Under the pieces are notes generated by a model. That model was not told where the DNA came from. It saw nothing but the letters and a program-made list of their open reading frames with translations, and did not search any database. A DNA stretch of 64,000 bases from Candidatus Heimdallarchaeum aukensis (GTDB lineage: Archaea > Asgardarchaeota > Heimdallarchaeia > Heimdallarchaeales > Heimdallarchaeaceae), in the NCBI GenBank assembly GCA_021513695.1, contig CP084166.1, positions 928,001 through 992,000 on the forward strand, written 5' to 3'. The position numbers were made by a program, and so were the translations under genes. Shown one piece after another: positions 39,446 to 48,308 of the stretch (positions are counted from its first letter, which is position 1; every line of letters begins with the position of its first letter).

Positions 39446-39904
39446 ATGGACTGCAGTTGGTGCAATTTAGATAGTTTTTCTGACTATTTCATTTACGACA
39501 GTGAATATTTCAGCGTTTATCTTTCTGAAGATCAAAGTCTTTTAGGTAGACTTATCTTGGTTCTTAATCGTCACGCTTCTTCTTTAAGTGATTTGACTCA
39601 TGAAGAAATACATGATTTTCTTTCTAATGTTAAAATCATTGAAAAAACTTTGACTAAAGCCTTTGGTACAACTATGTTTAATTGGAGTTGTTTGATGAAC
39701 AATTCTTTCAAAAAGCAACCTAGTTTTCCTCATGTCCATTGGCATTGTCGTCCTCGTTATGCTCACGATGTTTCTTTTACTGGTTTAGTTTTTTCTGACC
39801 CTGATTTTGCTCATCATTATAATAACAAAAGAAAACTTTTTGTCTCTCCTGAGGTTCGACAATCTATTATTTCTGCCATCCGAGACAATCTCTCTTCTGT
39901 CTAA
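39446..39904 (+). CDS. HIT-family (histidine triad) protein
   Basis: Histidine triad FPHVHWHCRPRY near the C-terminal third, and HIT size (152 aa). Confidence 0.8.
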   Translation: MDCSWCNLDSFSDYFIYDSEYFSVYLSEDQSLLGRLILVLNRHASSLSDLTHEEIHDFLSNVKIIEKTLTKAFGTTMFNWSCLMNNSFKKQPSFPHVHWHCRPRYAHDVSFTGLVFSDPDFAHHYNNKRKLFVSPEVRQSIISAIRDNLSSV

Positions 39905-40115
39905 TTTATAGAAATTATTTTTTCTCTTCCTTCTTCTTTCCTTCAGATATGTTTGTACTTTACTTCTACTTTTTTTTGTTTCTTTCTTTCTTCCTTCCAC
40001 TTGTTTAAACATATAACCTTTTCTTATTTTATTTTGTAAGGCATTTTATCATTCTACTTTTTATATTCTAGGCCCACCTAATCCATTTGCACTTTTTTTC
40101 GAAACGCTTTTAAAC

Positions 40116-42281
40116 ATGCTCAAATATTTTTCATTGATTGAAGAATCTTTCTTCGGTCATAATAATAACAAATTAGAAGGAATTATTATGAAAAAAAGAA
40201 TGTTAATAACAAGCATTTTCATTTTTGCCTTTTTAGTAGCAGTTATTCCTTTAACTGCAAATGCTAAAGTCCTTTCTACTAGAGCTACAAAGGATTTGGG
40301 CGGTGGAGATGCTTATAACGCATATAGTGCATCTGATTATGCAACCCTTATTAGTACACCTATTTCGGGTTACGGAGATATTTACTATTCCAGTGATCAG
40401 TATGATCAATACAAAGTAGCAGTAAGTTCAGGAGATCAAGTAACGATTGAGTTTACTGCCCCTAGTGGAGCAACAGGAATTGATCTTCCTGTTTATGACA
40501 CTGACAAGTCTCGAATACTCATTCGTTACAACATCCAGACTTTCTCCGAGACTGTTACTGCTTCTGGCAACGGTTACATTTACTTTACTATAGATGCAGA
40601 CACTTATGATGATAGAGGTACTTATTATCTCAGTGTTTCTAAATCTGGAGCAGTTGACACTACTCCACCTACTGTAAGTATTACTGACCCTGCTGATGGA
40701 GCAACTGTTTATTCTGCAGATGTCACTGTTTCATGGACTGGTTCTGACAATGTCGGCATAGACTATTACGAGGTCAGAATTGATGGTGGTTCATGGATCA
40801 ATGTCGGAACATCTACAAGCTACACCTTTACTGGTTTAGCTGACGGTAGTCATACTGTAGATGTTAACGCTTATGACGCTGCAGGAAATGTTGGTTCTGA
40901 CAGTGTAACTTTCACTGTTGATACCAGTGCTCCTCCTACTGAGTATACTTTCACTGGTTCACTTAGTGCTGGACAGGACAGTACTCAACACACCTTTAAC
41001 GTTCCTTCCAACACCATTAAGATCGAGGTTCAGCTTCAAATGCCCAGTGGTGCAGATTACGATTTAAGCCTTTGGGACTCTAATGGAGCTCGAACTGGTG
41101 GTTGGACTTCAACTGATAGTAGTACTAAAACAGATATTGCCAACAGTGATTATTCTGGTTATTCTGCTGATCCTGAGTGGGTTACTGTTGATCCTCCTGC
41201 TGTTTTTGGTACCTGGAAGACTGGTTGTTATGCTTACAGTGGTTCTGGTACTTACACCATCACTGTTACTCTAACGCTCAGTGGTCCAGATACTACTGCA
41301 CCTACTGTTACTATAACTGACCCAACAGATGGTTCTACAGTTAATTCTGCTGATGTTACTGTTTCATGGACTGGTTCTGACGATGTTGGTATTGACCACT
41401 ATGAAGTCAGAATCGATGGTGGTTCATGGATCAATGTTGGAACATCTACAAGCTACACCTTTACTGGTTTAGCTGACGGCAGTCACACTGTAGATGTTAA
41501 TGCCTATGATGCTGCAGGTAACGTTGGTTCTGACAGTGTGACTTTCACTGTTGATACCACTACCAATCCTGTTGAAAAATGGGCAGTTATTGTTGGTATT
41601 AGTGACTACAAAGCTATTAGTGATCTTTCTTACTGTGATGAGGATGCAACTGACTGGTATTATCAACTTACCAGCAGTCAAATGAGTTATGACCATATCA
41701 CTGTTTTAGGAGATGGATATTCTTCTAACTATCCTCAATGGGATGGCTATGCTACAGAGTACAATGTTAAACAAGCTTTGAACAACATGGTTAATTCTGC
41801 TGACTCTAATGACATTATAGCTTTCATCAGTTCTGGTCATGGTTCGGGTAATGGTGCAGGTTCTTCATACTTGTGTATGTGGGACTGCAGTTCAGGAGAA
41901 AACGGAGAAGATGGAAATCTCTATGACACTGAATTAGCAGCAATTCTTGACGGAGCTGTTGCTGACAGGATTTTCGTCTTCTTAGACCATTGTTACAGTG
42001 GTGGTTTTGGAGACGACCTCATGAATATGCCTAACAAAGACCGTGTTTACCTAACAACAACCTGTACAGAAAATGGTTATGGTTATGATGACTCCACTCA
42101 TCAAAATGGTGCTTGGACTTACTACTTCCTAGATTACTCTTGGCAGCAACATTTCGGTGGTGCAGCTAATGTTGCTATGGAAGACATCTTCGACTATGCT
42201 TTAGCTGCTTATCCATACAGTGGTGGAGACACTCCTCAAGAGTTCGATGGAAACACAGGTGCGTACTTCTACCTGGCATAA
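40116..42281 (+). CDS. Secreted multidomain protein: 2 PPC-like + 2 Ig-like (AGN-motif) domains + C-terminal caspase-like (peptidase C14) domain
   Basis: Signal peptide MKKRMLITSIFIFAFLVAVIPLTANA; the probable start is ATG at 40188. Caspase His/Cys dyad context FISSGHGSG and VFLDHCYSGGFG, after KWAVIVGISDYKAISDLSYCDEDA. Confidence 0.75.
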   Translation: MLKYFSLIEESFFGHNNNKLEGIIMKKRMLITSIFIFAFLVAVIPLTANAKVLSTRATKDLGGGDAYNAYSASDYATLISTPISGYGDIYYSSDQYDQYKVAVSSGDQVTIEFTAPSGATGIDLPVYDTDKSRILIRYNIQTFSETVTASGNGYIYFTIDADTYDDRGTYYLSVSKSGAVDTTPPTVSITDPADGATVYSADVTVSWTGSDNVGIDYYEVRIDGGSWINVGTSTSYTFTGLADGSHTVDVNAYDAAGNVGSDSVTFTVDTSAPPTEYTFTGSLSAGQDSTQHTFNVPSNTIKIEVQLQMPSGADYDLSLWDSNGARTGGWTSTDSSTKTDIANSDYSGYSADPEWVTVDPPAVFGTWKTGCYAYSGSGTYTITVTLTLSGPDTTAPTVTITDPTDGSTVNSADVTVSWTGSDDVGIDHYEVRIDGGSWINVGTSTSYTFTGLADGSHTVDVNAYDAAGNVGSDSVTFTVDTTTNPVEKWAVIVGISDYKAISDLSYCDEDATDWYYQLTSSQMSYDHITVLGDGYSSNYPQWDGYATEYNVKQALNNMVNSADSNDIIAFISSGHGSGNGAGSSYLCMWDCSSGENGEDGNLYDTELAAILDGAVADRIFVFLDHCYSGGFGDDLMNMPNKDRVYLTTTCTENGYGYDDSTHQNGAWTYYFLDYSWQQHFGGAANVAMEDIFDYALAAYPYSGGDTPQEFDGNTGAYFYLA
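40656..40926 (+). repeat. Intragenic repeat copy 1 (Ig-like domain), homologous to 41289-41559
   Basis: About 270 bp, offset 633 bp (211 codons) from copy 2. Many differences, but the 3' half is 100% identical at protein level. Confidence 0.9.
41289..41559 (+). repeat. Intragenic repeat copy 2 (Ig-like domain)
   Basis: See copy 1. Over about 54 codons (YEVRIDGG...TFTVDT) I count 12 nucleotide differences, all synonymous. Confidence 0.9.
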
Positions 42282-42283
42282 CC

Positions 42284-42304
42284 TTTTTCTTTTTTTCTTT
42301 TTTC
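42284..42304 (+). terminator. Oligo-T tract after the caspase-like gene
   Basis: CTTTTTCTTTTTTTCTTTTTTC directly after the stop codon. Archaeal termination uses T-runs. Confidence 0.35.
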
Positions 42305-42486
42305 AGAGATTCCTTCGAAAATCTCTTTTTTTTCCTTTAATTTTAAGTAAATCTACATGTTTTCAAAAAATATGGATAAAGATTACCAGAAACACATTAT
42401 TGTTTTAGTTTCAAACAGATCAGAATAATTCATTTATTAAAAAAAAGAATAAATAAAGAATCTATTTCTTATTTTCTTTATTTAGT

Positions 42487-42825
42487 TTATTTTTCTGTTA
42501 TCCACATTTTATTGAAAGCTTTTCTTGTTGTTAGAATACTTGCTCCTATCCACGTTCTGTGCATTCTATCTGTGGTTGCTGTAATTCTTACAACTGCATT
42601 TTTTGGTGCAACTTTTTTCAATTCATAATCTATTCTTTCTCTCATTCCAGGTATCATTGAACTTCCTCCACATAAGATAACATTAGGCCACAACAGTTAT
42701 TCTATTTCTTTACATTTTTGTATAGTTTAAACTATTTCTTCAACTAAGCCTTTTTTCTTTTCCTTTTCGCTTTCTTCAAACAATATTTCTGGTGCAAGAA
42801 ACTTTTCTTTGCTAATTGTATACAC
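42487..42825 (-). pseudogene. Actin-family gene remnant (C-terminal ~110 codons only, two in-frame TAA stops)
   Basis: Minus-strand translation VYTISKEKFLAPEILFEESEKEKKKGLVEEIV*TIQKCKEIE*LLWPNVILCGGSSMIPGMRERIDYELKKVAPKNAVVRITATTDRMHRTWIGASILTTRKAFNKMWITEK* aligns colinearly with eukaryotic actin ...ITIGNERFRCPEALFQPSF...[90 protein letters not shown]. Stops at 42727-42729 and 42697-42699. No N-terminal ~260 codons. Confidence 0.75.
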
Positions 42826-42930
42826 AAAGAAAGGAGAATTTTTGTGAAAAGGTTTTTGGAAAAGCAGTTTATCAATACAAGGAACCAAGTTTAGGAGTAG
42901 TTAAATGAAAAAAAAAGAAAAAGGAACACA

Positions 42931-43152
42931 CTATTCTTGTTTAACTGTAGATATCTTGAAAACTGTATATAATCCACAGTAACCTGTAATCCCAGTAATC
43001 AACGAGATTAATCCCACGATCAACAATATAATTAACAAGACCAAGTTTATTGGGGAGCTAAGTACAAAGTAGAAAACTATTGCCAAAACAGTTAGAATTG
43101 TTCCTAAAGCTACTCTTATTATTCTATCAGTTTTTCCTTCATTTACTTGCAT
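42931..43152 (-). CDS. DUF2892/YgaP-like small membrane protein
   Basis: 73 aa with two TM helices and the C-terminal GYCGLY motif typical of this family. Confidence 0.6.
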   Translation of the reverse strand: MQVNEGKTDRIIRVALGTILTVLAIVFYFVLSSPINLVLLIILLIVGLISLITGITGYCGLYTVFKISTVKQE

Positions 43153-43278
43153 AGTGATTTAAAGTTCTTCAAAAGAGTATAAATATGTTAGTTATTTACA
43201 AAATCCTCGAATTAGCAGTAAAACAAATATAGATGCAAAAATCTGCCTGTTTTTAAGATATCTTAAATGTTCTGAGAG

Positions 43279-44040
43279 GGTAGTGTCTAGTTTTCTTCCG
43301 ACAAAAATATTTGTGGGGACTCTAATAGTAAGATATGAACATTCAAAAACTATCTACTCTTTTTAAGAGATGCAGAGTCCCCAAAAAGATAATAATAAAA
43401 GTTTTTTATGAATATATTGGTTCAAAGAATGGTTTGAGGACAGTAGCATGGAAGAATGGTTTAACACACCAAACATTATGGTATTGGGTAAAGAAGTTCA
43501 GGCTCTTTAGGAAAAGTTTACATAGAATTGTAGCAGAGAGAGGGGGAATACCAGAGATTATAGTAGTTGATGAGACGGAGATTAAGACCTCTCAAGGCTC
43601 AATGTATATGTGGTTCGCGTTAGATCCTTACAACAAGACTTTACTGGGTTTTAGTATTACTAAAGGACGGAGTAATCTTGAATGTTTACTAACTTTCCGT
43701 TATTGGCTCAAATGTTGGGGTTTTAAGCCCCGTATTGTCGTTACAGATGCAGGGGTATGGTATCCTGCCTTACTTCGTCTAGGTATCAAAATCTCCGTTA
43801 TCAAAGGTGGTTTACGCTCCTATATTGAACGTTTTAATGCTACTCTTAAGAGTTATCGTTGGTTTCATTCTATTCTCCACTGCACTTGTCCTATCCGTGC
43901 CGTCTATGGCTCTACTCATCTTTCTGGTTTTCTTACTCTCTTTATGCTCCATTATAATTTCGTTCGTCCTCATCAGAGCTTGGGACATCCTCCCCTTAGT
44001 TCCTTTTTACCTAGGAGGTGGTATAAAAACTAGACACTAC
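43279..44040 (+). mobile_element. IS6-like insertion sequence (762 bp) with perfect 16-bp terminal inverted repeats
   Basis: GGTAGTGTCTAGTTTT at 43279-43294 and its reverse complement AAAACTAGACACTACC at 44025-44040 bracket a single transposase ORF. I saw no flanking direct repeat (TCTGAGAG vs AAGAAAGC). Confidence 0.7.
43335..44033 (+). CDS. DDE transposase, IS6/IS240-like
   Basis: 232 aa. N-terminal HTH. DDE candidates IVVDETEIK, IVVTDAGVWY and SYIERFNATLKS. C-terminal YNFVRPHQSLG. Confidence 0.8.
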   Translation: MNIQKLSTLFKRCRVPKKIIIKVFYEYIGSKNGLRTVAWKNGLTHQTLWYWVKKFRLFRKSLHRIVAERGGIPEIIVVDETEIKTSQGSMYMWFALDPYNKTLLGFSITKGRSNLECLLTFRYWLKCWGFKPRIVVTDAGVWYPALLRLGIKISVIKGGLRSYIERFNATLKSYRWFHSILHCTCPIRAVYGSTHLSGFLTLFMLHYNFVRPHQSLGHPPLSSFLPRRWYKN

Positions 44041-44372
44041 CAAGAAAGCAGGTCCAAAAATTAATTTTTATTAATGTGGGGGTTTATGTCGGAATTATGA
44101 ACTATTTTCAGATTATAGACCCCCACAAAGTAAGAAAATTCATATCATTAATGAACCTTTCCTTAAGAAACTGGTGAAAAATGGACCGAGAGAAAGTAAG
44201 AGAGGGAGAAAGAGAATAGCAGAAAGGTGGGTAATACTGGCTTTAGCAATCATTGCTAGAATAGAAGTACAACTACTTTTTACTTTTTCGGACCGTTTAT
44301 TAGGTGAAAAAGAATTTTTGGACATGCTTAATAAGAAAAAAGAAAAATTAATTATTTAATATGTTTATTTTG

Positions 44373-46013
44373 TTATTCTTTTTTAGTCCATACATCAATT
44401 ACATCTTTAGATTTCTTGAGAGTTAAAGCGTAAAAGATAACTGCCAAAAAACCAAAAGAACCTGCAACTATCCAGAAAACATAAGGTTTTTGCATCTGTA
44501 TGTCTGTTCTTACATTCAATTTTATTTCTGTTACATCATGTATCCAGGATTTCCCATCTGAAACAGCTACTTTAATGTAATATGAACCAGGTTCTACACC
44601 ATCTAGATCCCACAAGAATGAAGAGTTGTTAACATTTGTTGCTAAAAGATCCCAATATATTCCATCTTGAGAAACAAAAATAGAAGCATTAAGTTTGTCA
44701 TTATCTTCATCTGATGCAATCCATTGAATAGTATAGTTATCAAATACTTGATTAGGGTCTGAAGGGTTTTTTACCTCAATATTAGGCAAATTATTAGTGT
44801 AAGTCAGTTGAGGATTTTCTGCAAGAAAAAGTAACGATGGAAAAATCAATTCACAATTACTAATCACTTCATCAGCATCTGGGTTAAAATAATCAGTCCA
44901 ATAAGAGTAACTGTTTGTTCCAAAAGTTTCAATTGTGAAGCTCTTAATGTTGTGATATAAATAAGAATAGTCTCCCCATTCTCCAGAAGTTATATAGCCA
45001 TAAATTGTATCATTCCATAGGGGAAAATTAAGGATCTCTTGTAATTCAAGTAATAGAGCGTTGAACTCTTTTTCATCTTTTTCTGGTAATGAACCATTAA
45101 TTCCCCAAGGTGCTATTATTGCTTCAACACCACTGTGTAAACTTACAGCAAAATTAAAAGAATGATTATACATGAAATTACGTAATGCTCTTGTTTCTGG
45201 TTCACTGAAGGGATAAGCGCCATGATATGTGTCATCTCTCCTAAATGGAGAAGCACCTTGGTCGCCCCAAAAAGCTCCATAATTCCTATTTAGGTCTACT
45301 CCTCCTGGTCTGTCTTCTCCAATGTACCCGCTTCCGTCAATGTCTTTTTCTTCGATGTCAGAGCTGTTTGTTTCAGTGTTCCAGAAATATACTCTCTCCT
45401 TTTCATCGTCTAAACTTCCATCAAGATCGTCATCAATTGGAGCCAAGTTTTTGCGTTGTTCTGGATACCAGTGTAAAATAGAGATACCATCAGGATTAAG
45501 CATGGGAATTACATAAATTTCTGTACTTTGAAGTAAGTAGTCAAAAATTGAATCATAAATTGTGTTAAATATAATCCAATCAATAAAGTATAGTGCATTT
45601 TCAACAGTAATTACTTCTCTAGCATGATGAGCTGCAACAATGTAATACTCAGTTTTAGCAGAAGTAACAGTTTCATCGGTTAAACGAACAGCCCAGATAG
45701 TTCTGTTTTCCCAAGTCTTCCCAATGGAAAAAACTTCCACTAATTCAGGAAAAGAATTATTCAGAATAATGAGTTTATTTGTAACTTCAGTGTAATTATG
45801 ATATGGTCCAAGTGATTCTCCCCAATAAACAAAATCTTCTCCTGGTATGTCAGAGGGAGCATTAGAAAACTCGTCCCAAATCCAAGAATATTCTGGTTCT
45901 TCTGCTAAATAAACATACTCTGGAGTATTCTTAGCAGAAATTGAAGATATTAAATGTGAGTTTAAGAATAAAACAATTACAATTAAGGAAATAACTTGAT
46001 ACTTTTTCATCAT
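44373..46013 (-). CDS. Secreted, C-terminally anchored M14-family zinc carboxypeptidase
   Basis: Signal peptide. Zinc ligands AAHHAREVIT (HxxE) and SLHSGVEAIIAPWG. Catalytic FTIETFG. C-terminal Ig-like region plus a TM helix. Confidence 0.85.
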   Translation of the reverse strand: MMKKYQVISLIVIVLFLNSHLISSISAKNTPEYVYLAEEPEYSWIWDEFSNAPSDIPGEDFVYWGESLGPYHNYTEVTNKLIILNNSFPELVEVFSIGKTWENRTIWAVRLTDETVTSAKTEYYIVAAHHAREVITVENALYFIDWIIFNTIYDSIFDYLLQSTEIYVIPMLNPDGISILHWYPEQRKNLAPIDDDLDGSLDDEKERVYFWNTETNSSDIEEKDIDGSGYIGEDRPGGVDLNRNYGAFWGDQGASPFRRDDTYHGAYPFSEPETRALRNFMYNHSFNFAVSLHSGVEAIIAPWGINGSLPEKDEKEFNALLLELQEILNFPLWNDTIYGYITSGEWGDYSYLYHNIKSFTIETFGTNSYSYWTDYFNPDADEVISNCELIFPSLLFLAENPQLTYTNNLPNIEVKNPSDPNQVFDNYTIQWIASDEDNDKLNASIFVSQDGIYWDLLATNVNNSSFLWDLDGVEPGSYYIKVAVSDGKSWIHDVTEIKLNVRTDIQMQKPYVFWIVAGSFGFLAVIFYALTLKKSKDVIDVWTKKE

Positions 46014-46165
46014 TTGTTTTTTATTTCCAACGCTTAAAAATTATTTGAAAGATTTGAAAAAGACCAATTTTTTTGTTCTCTTTTCGATATTTTTCATTTT
46101 AGACGAAGAGAAAGTTTAAATAAGGGTTGTGCATAATTGTGTCATAATCAAGAATAATTCATAAG

Positions 46166-46414
46166 ATGAAGAAAATGAGTAAGGAAAAAATCTCAATATC
46201 AATAGATGCAAGAGGGAGTCATTGCCCTGGACCAATGATGGAATTAATTAAAGCCATAAGACAGGCAGAAGTTGGAGAAATTGTTGAGCTTTTGAGTTCA
46301 GAGGAAGGATCTTTAAGTGATATTCCTGCATGGATTGAAAAAGCGAAACATGAACTTGTTGATATGATAAAAGAAGACGGTTATAATCGTTTTCTAGTCA
46401 GAAAAACGAGGTAA
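46166..46414 (+). CDS. tusA: TusA/SirA-family sulfur carrier protein
   Basis: 82 aa with IDARGSHCPGPMMELIKAI, the conserved Cys-Pro-x-Pro active-site motif. Confidence 0.8.
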   Translation: MKKMSKEKISISIDARGSHCPGPMMELIKAIRQAEVGEIVELLSSEEGSLSDIPAWIEKAKHELVDMIKEDGYNRFLVRKTR

Positions 46415-46420
46415 AGATTA

Positions 46421-47563
46421 ATGAATAAAATTATAGTCATTGGTGGAGGATTTTCAGGTCTTACTATAGCTAACAAACTTGCAAAAAAAGCTAGAAAATA
46501 CAAGTTAGACATAACTCTGATCGAACCAAAAGACCATAATTTTTACGAGCCAGATCTGATTTTTTATGCATTTAACAATAAGAAACTGTCCAAGTTATAT
46601 AAACCGATGCATAAACTCGTGAGGAAAAGAGTTAATCACATTGGGATGCGGGCTAAAAAGGTCGAGACAGAGAAAAAGAAAGTAATATTAGAAGATGGGA
46701 CAGAGTTAGATTACGATTATCTAGTTCTTGCTACTGGAGTTAAATATATAGAAAAAGATTTCAAATATAGTGAACAAAAACACATTCATCACTTCTATAG
46801 CCCACCAGCAACAGAAAAGTTTAGACAAATGATAAAACGTTTTAAAGGAGGAACAATTGTTATCTCACCATCAACTGTGCCCTATAAATGTCCTCCAGCT
46901 CCTGTAGAATTCACTTTTATGTTAGATTCTTATTTAAAGAAAAGAAAGTTAAGAGACAAAGCAACGATAAAGTTTCTCTATCCTCTTTCTGTGCCTTTTA
47001 CAGTTAAAGAAGCTGCTGTTGTGGTAGCTGAGATGTATAAAAAAAGAGGAATAGAATTTGTTCCTTACTGTAATTACGAAAAAGTGGATATTGAGAACAA
47101 AAAATTCATCTCTTTTGAAGGAGAAGAGATAGAATACGATGAACTTGTACTGCTACCCATACATGAAGGTCAAGATATAATCAAAGAATCAGGTCTGGGA
47201 GATAAAGAAGGATATGTTCCTACAGACAAATTCACACTGCAAGTGAAAGGGCATCCAAATATATATGCTATCGGTGACTGTACAGATCTACCTACTTCTA
47301 AGGCTGGAGCAGTTTCTCATTATTCTGCACCTACTATCGTAAAAAATATTATTAACCAGATTAAAGGAAAAGAAGCTTCAGCAAAGTATAACGGAAAGAC
47401 AATTTGCTTCTTAGTAACTAGTTATCAAAAAGCAATGATGTTGGACTTTTCATATAACCATCCTTCAAGAAAGTATGGATTAATTCCAATGAGAATCTAT
47501 ATGCTCTTTAAAAGGCTATTTAGGTTCTTGTATTTTCATATATTAATTAAAGGAATAATATAG
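46421..47563 (+). CDS. SQR-like FAD-dependent pyridine nucleotide-disulfide oxidoreductase
   Basis: N-terminal Rossmann IIVIGGGFSGLTIA. YKCPPAPVEF motif. Second dinucleotide site IYAIGDCTD. Hydrophobic/amphipathic C-terminus as in membrane-associated SQR types. Confidence 0.7.
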   Translation: MNKIIVIGGGFSGLTIANKLAKKARKYKLDITLIEPKDHNFYEPDLIFYAFNNKKLSKLYKPMHKLVRKRVNHIGMRAKKVETEKKKVILEDGTELDYDYLVLATGVKYIEKDFKYSEQKHIHHFYSPPATEKFRQMIKRFKGGTIVISPSTVPYKCPPAPVEFTFMLDSYLKKRKLRDKATIKFLYPLSVPFTVKEAAVVVAEMYKKRGIEFVPYCNYEKVDIENKKFISFEGEEIEYDELVLLPIHEGQDIIKESGLGDKEGYVPTDKFTLQVKGHPNIYAIGDCTDLPTSKAGAVSHYSAPTIVKNIINQIKGKEASAKYNGKTICFLVTSYQKAMMLDFSYNHPSRKYGLIPMRIYMLFKRLFRFLYFHILIKGII

Positions 47564-47812
47564 GTGAAAAAAATGAGTGAAAATAAAATCACAAAAATAT
47601 TAGATGTAAAAGGGCTTAACTGTCCTTTACCAATTTTAAAAACAAAAAAAGCTATAAACGAAATTGAAGTTGGAGAAATAATAGAAGTTCTTGCCACTGA
47701 TCCAGGTTCAGTAAATGACTTTCAGGCATGGATTGAATCAACTGGACACGAACTAGTGGAATCTGCAGAAGAAAATGGCATTTTCCGCTATTTAATTAAA
47801 AAAACAAAATAA
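47564..47812 (+). CDS. tusA: TusA/SirA-family sulfur carrier protein
   Basis: LDVKGLNCPLPILKTKKAI. The track start GTG lies in SD GGTGA; the probable start is ATG at 47573. Confidence 0.85.
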   Translation: MKKMSENKITKILDVKGLNCPLPILKTKKAINEIEVGEIIEVLATDPGSVNDFQAWIESTGHELVESAEENGIFRYLIKKTK

Positions 47813-47814
47813 AG

Positions 47815-48297
47815 GTGAAAAAAATGAGTGAAAAAAAGAAAAAAATAGCTATAATTGCTTCTAAAGCCAATTTAGCAGATGCTTACCCTCCTTTTATCTT
47901 AGCGTCTACAGCAGCTGCAATGGATTATGAAGTATCAATATTCTTTACTTTCTTCGGTCTTAATTTGCTTAAGAAAAAAGGATTGAAGAAAGTTAAGATT
48001 ACTCCTGTAGGAGAAACTGCAATGCCCATGCCTATTCCACAAATAGTTGGAATGCTTCCTGGAATGACTGACATGGCAACAGCAATGATGAAAAATTGGA
48101 TGAAAAAGGCCAATGTGGTCTCTTTAGAAGAGTTAAGAGAATTATCTCTAGAAGCTGGAGTAAAAATGATTGCTTGTCAAATGACAATGGACGTAATGAA
48201 AGTTAAAAGAGAAGAATTAATTGATGAAATAGAGGTTGGAGGAGCTGCCACTTTCCTACAATTTGCATCAGAAGCCGACATTACTTTATACATTTAA
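47815..48297 (+). CDS. dsrE: DsrE/DsrF-like (DrsE_2-type) sulfur-transfer protein
   Basis: 160 aa. IAIIASKANLADAYPPFILASTAA fold start and conserved Cys context KMIACQMTMDVM. Probable start ATG at 47824. Confidence 0.7.
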   Translation: MKKMSEKKKKIAIIASKANLADAYPPFILASTAAAMDYEVSIFFTFFGLNLLKKKGLKKVKITPVGETAMPMPIPQIVGMLPGMTDMATAMMKNWMKKANVVSLEELRELSLEAGVKMIACQMTMDVMKVKREELIDEIEVGGAATFLQFASEADITLYI

Positions 48298-48308
48298 CCT
48301 AGTTTGAA

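Noticed and set aside
44140-44359. Two overlapping 61-aa ORFs on opposite strands right of the IS6-like element.
   Set aside because: They are mutually exclusive, have no SD and match no recognisable family. The region is more likely a non-coding or degraded IS flank.
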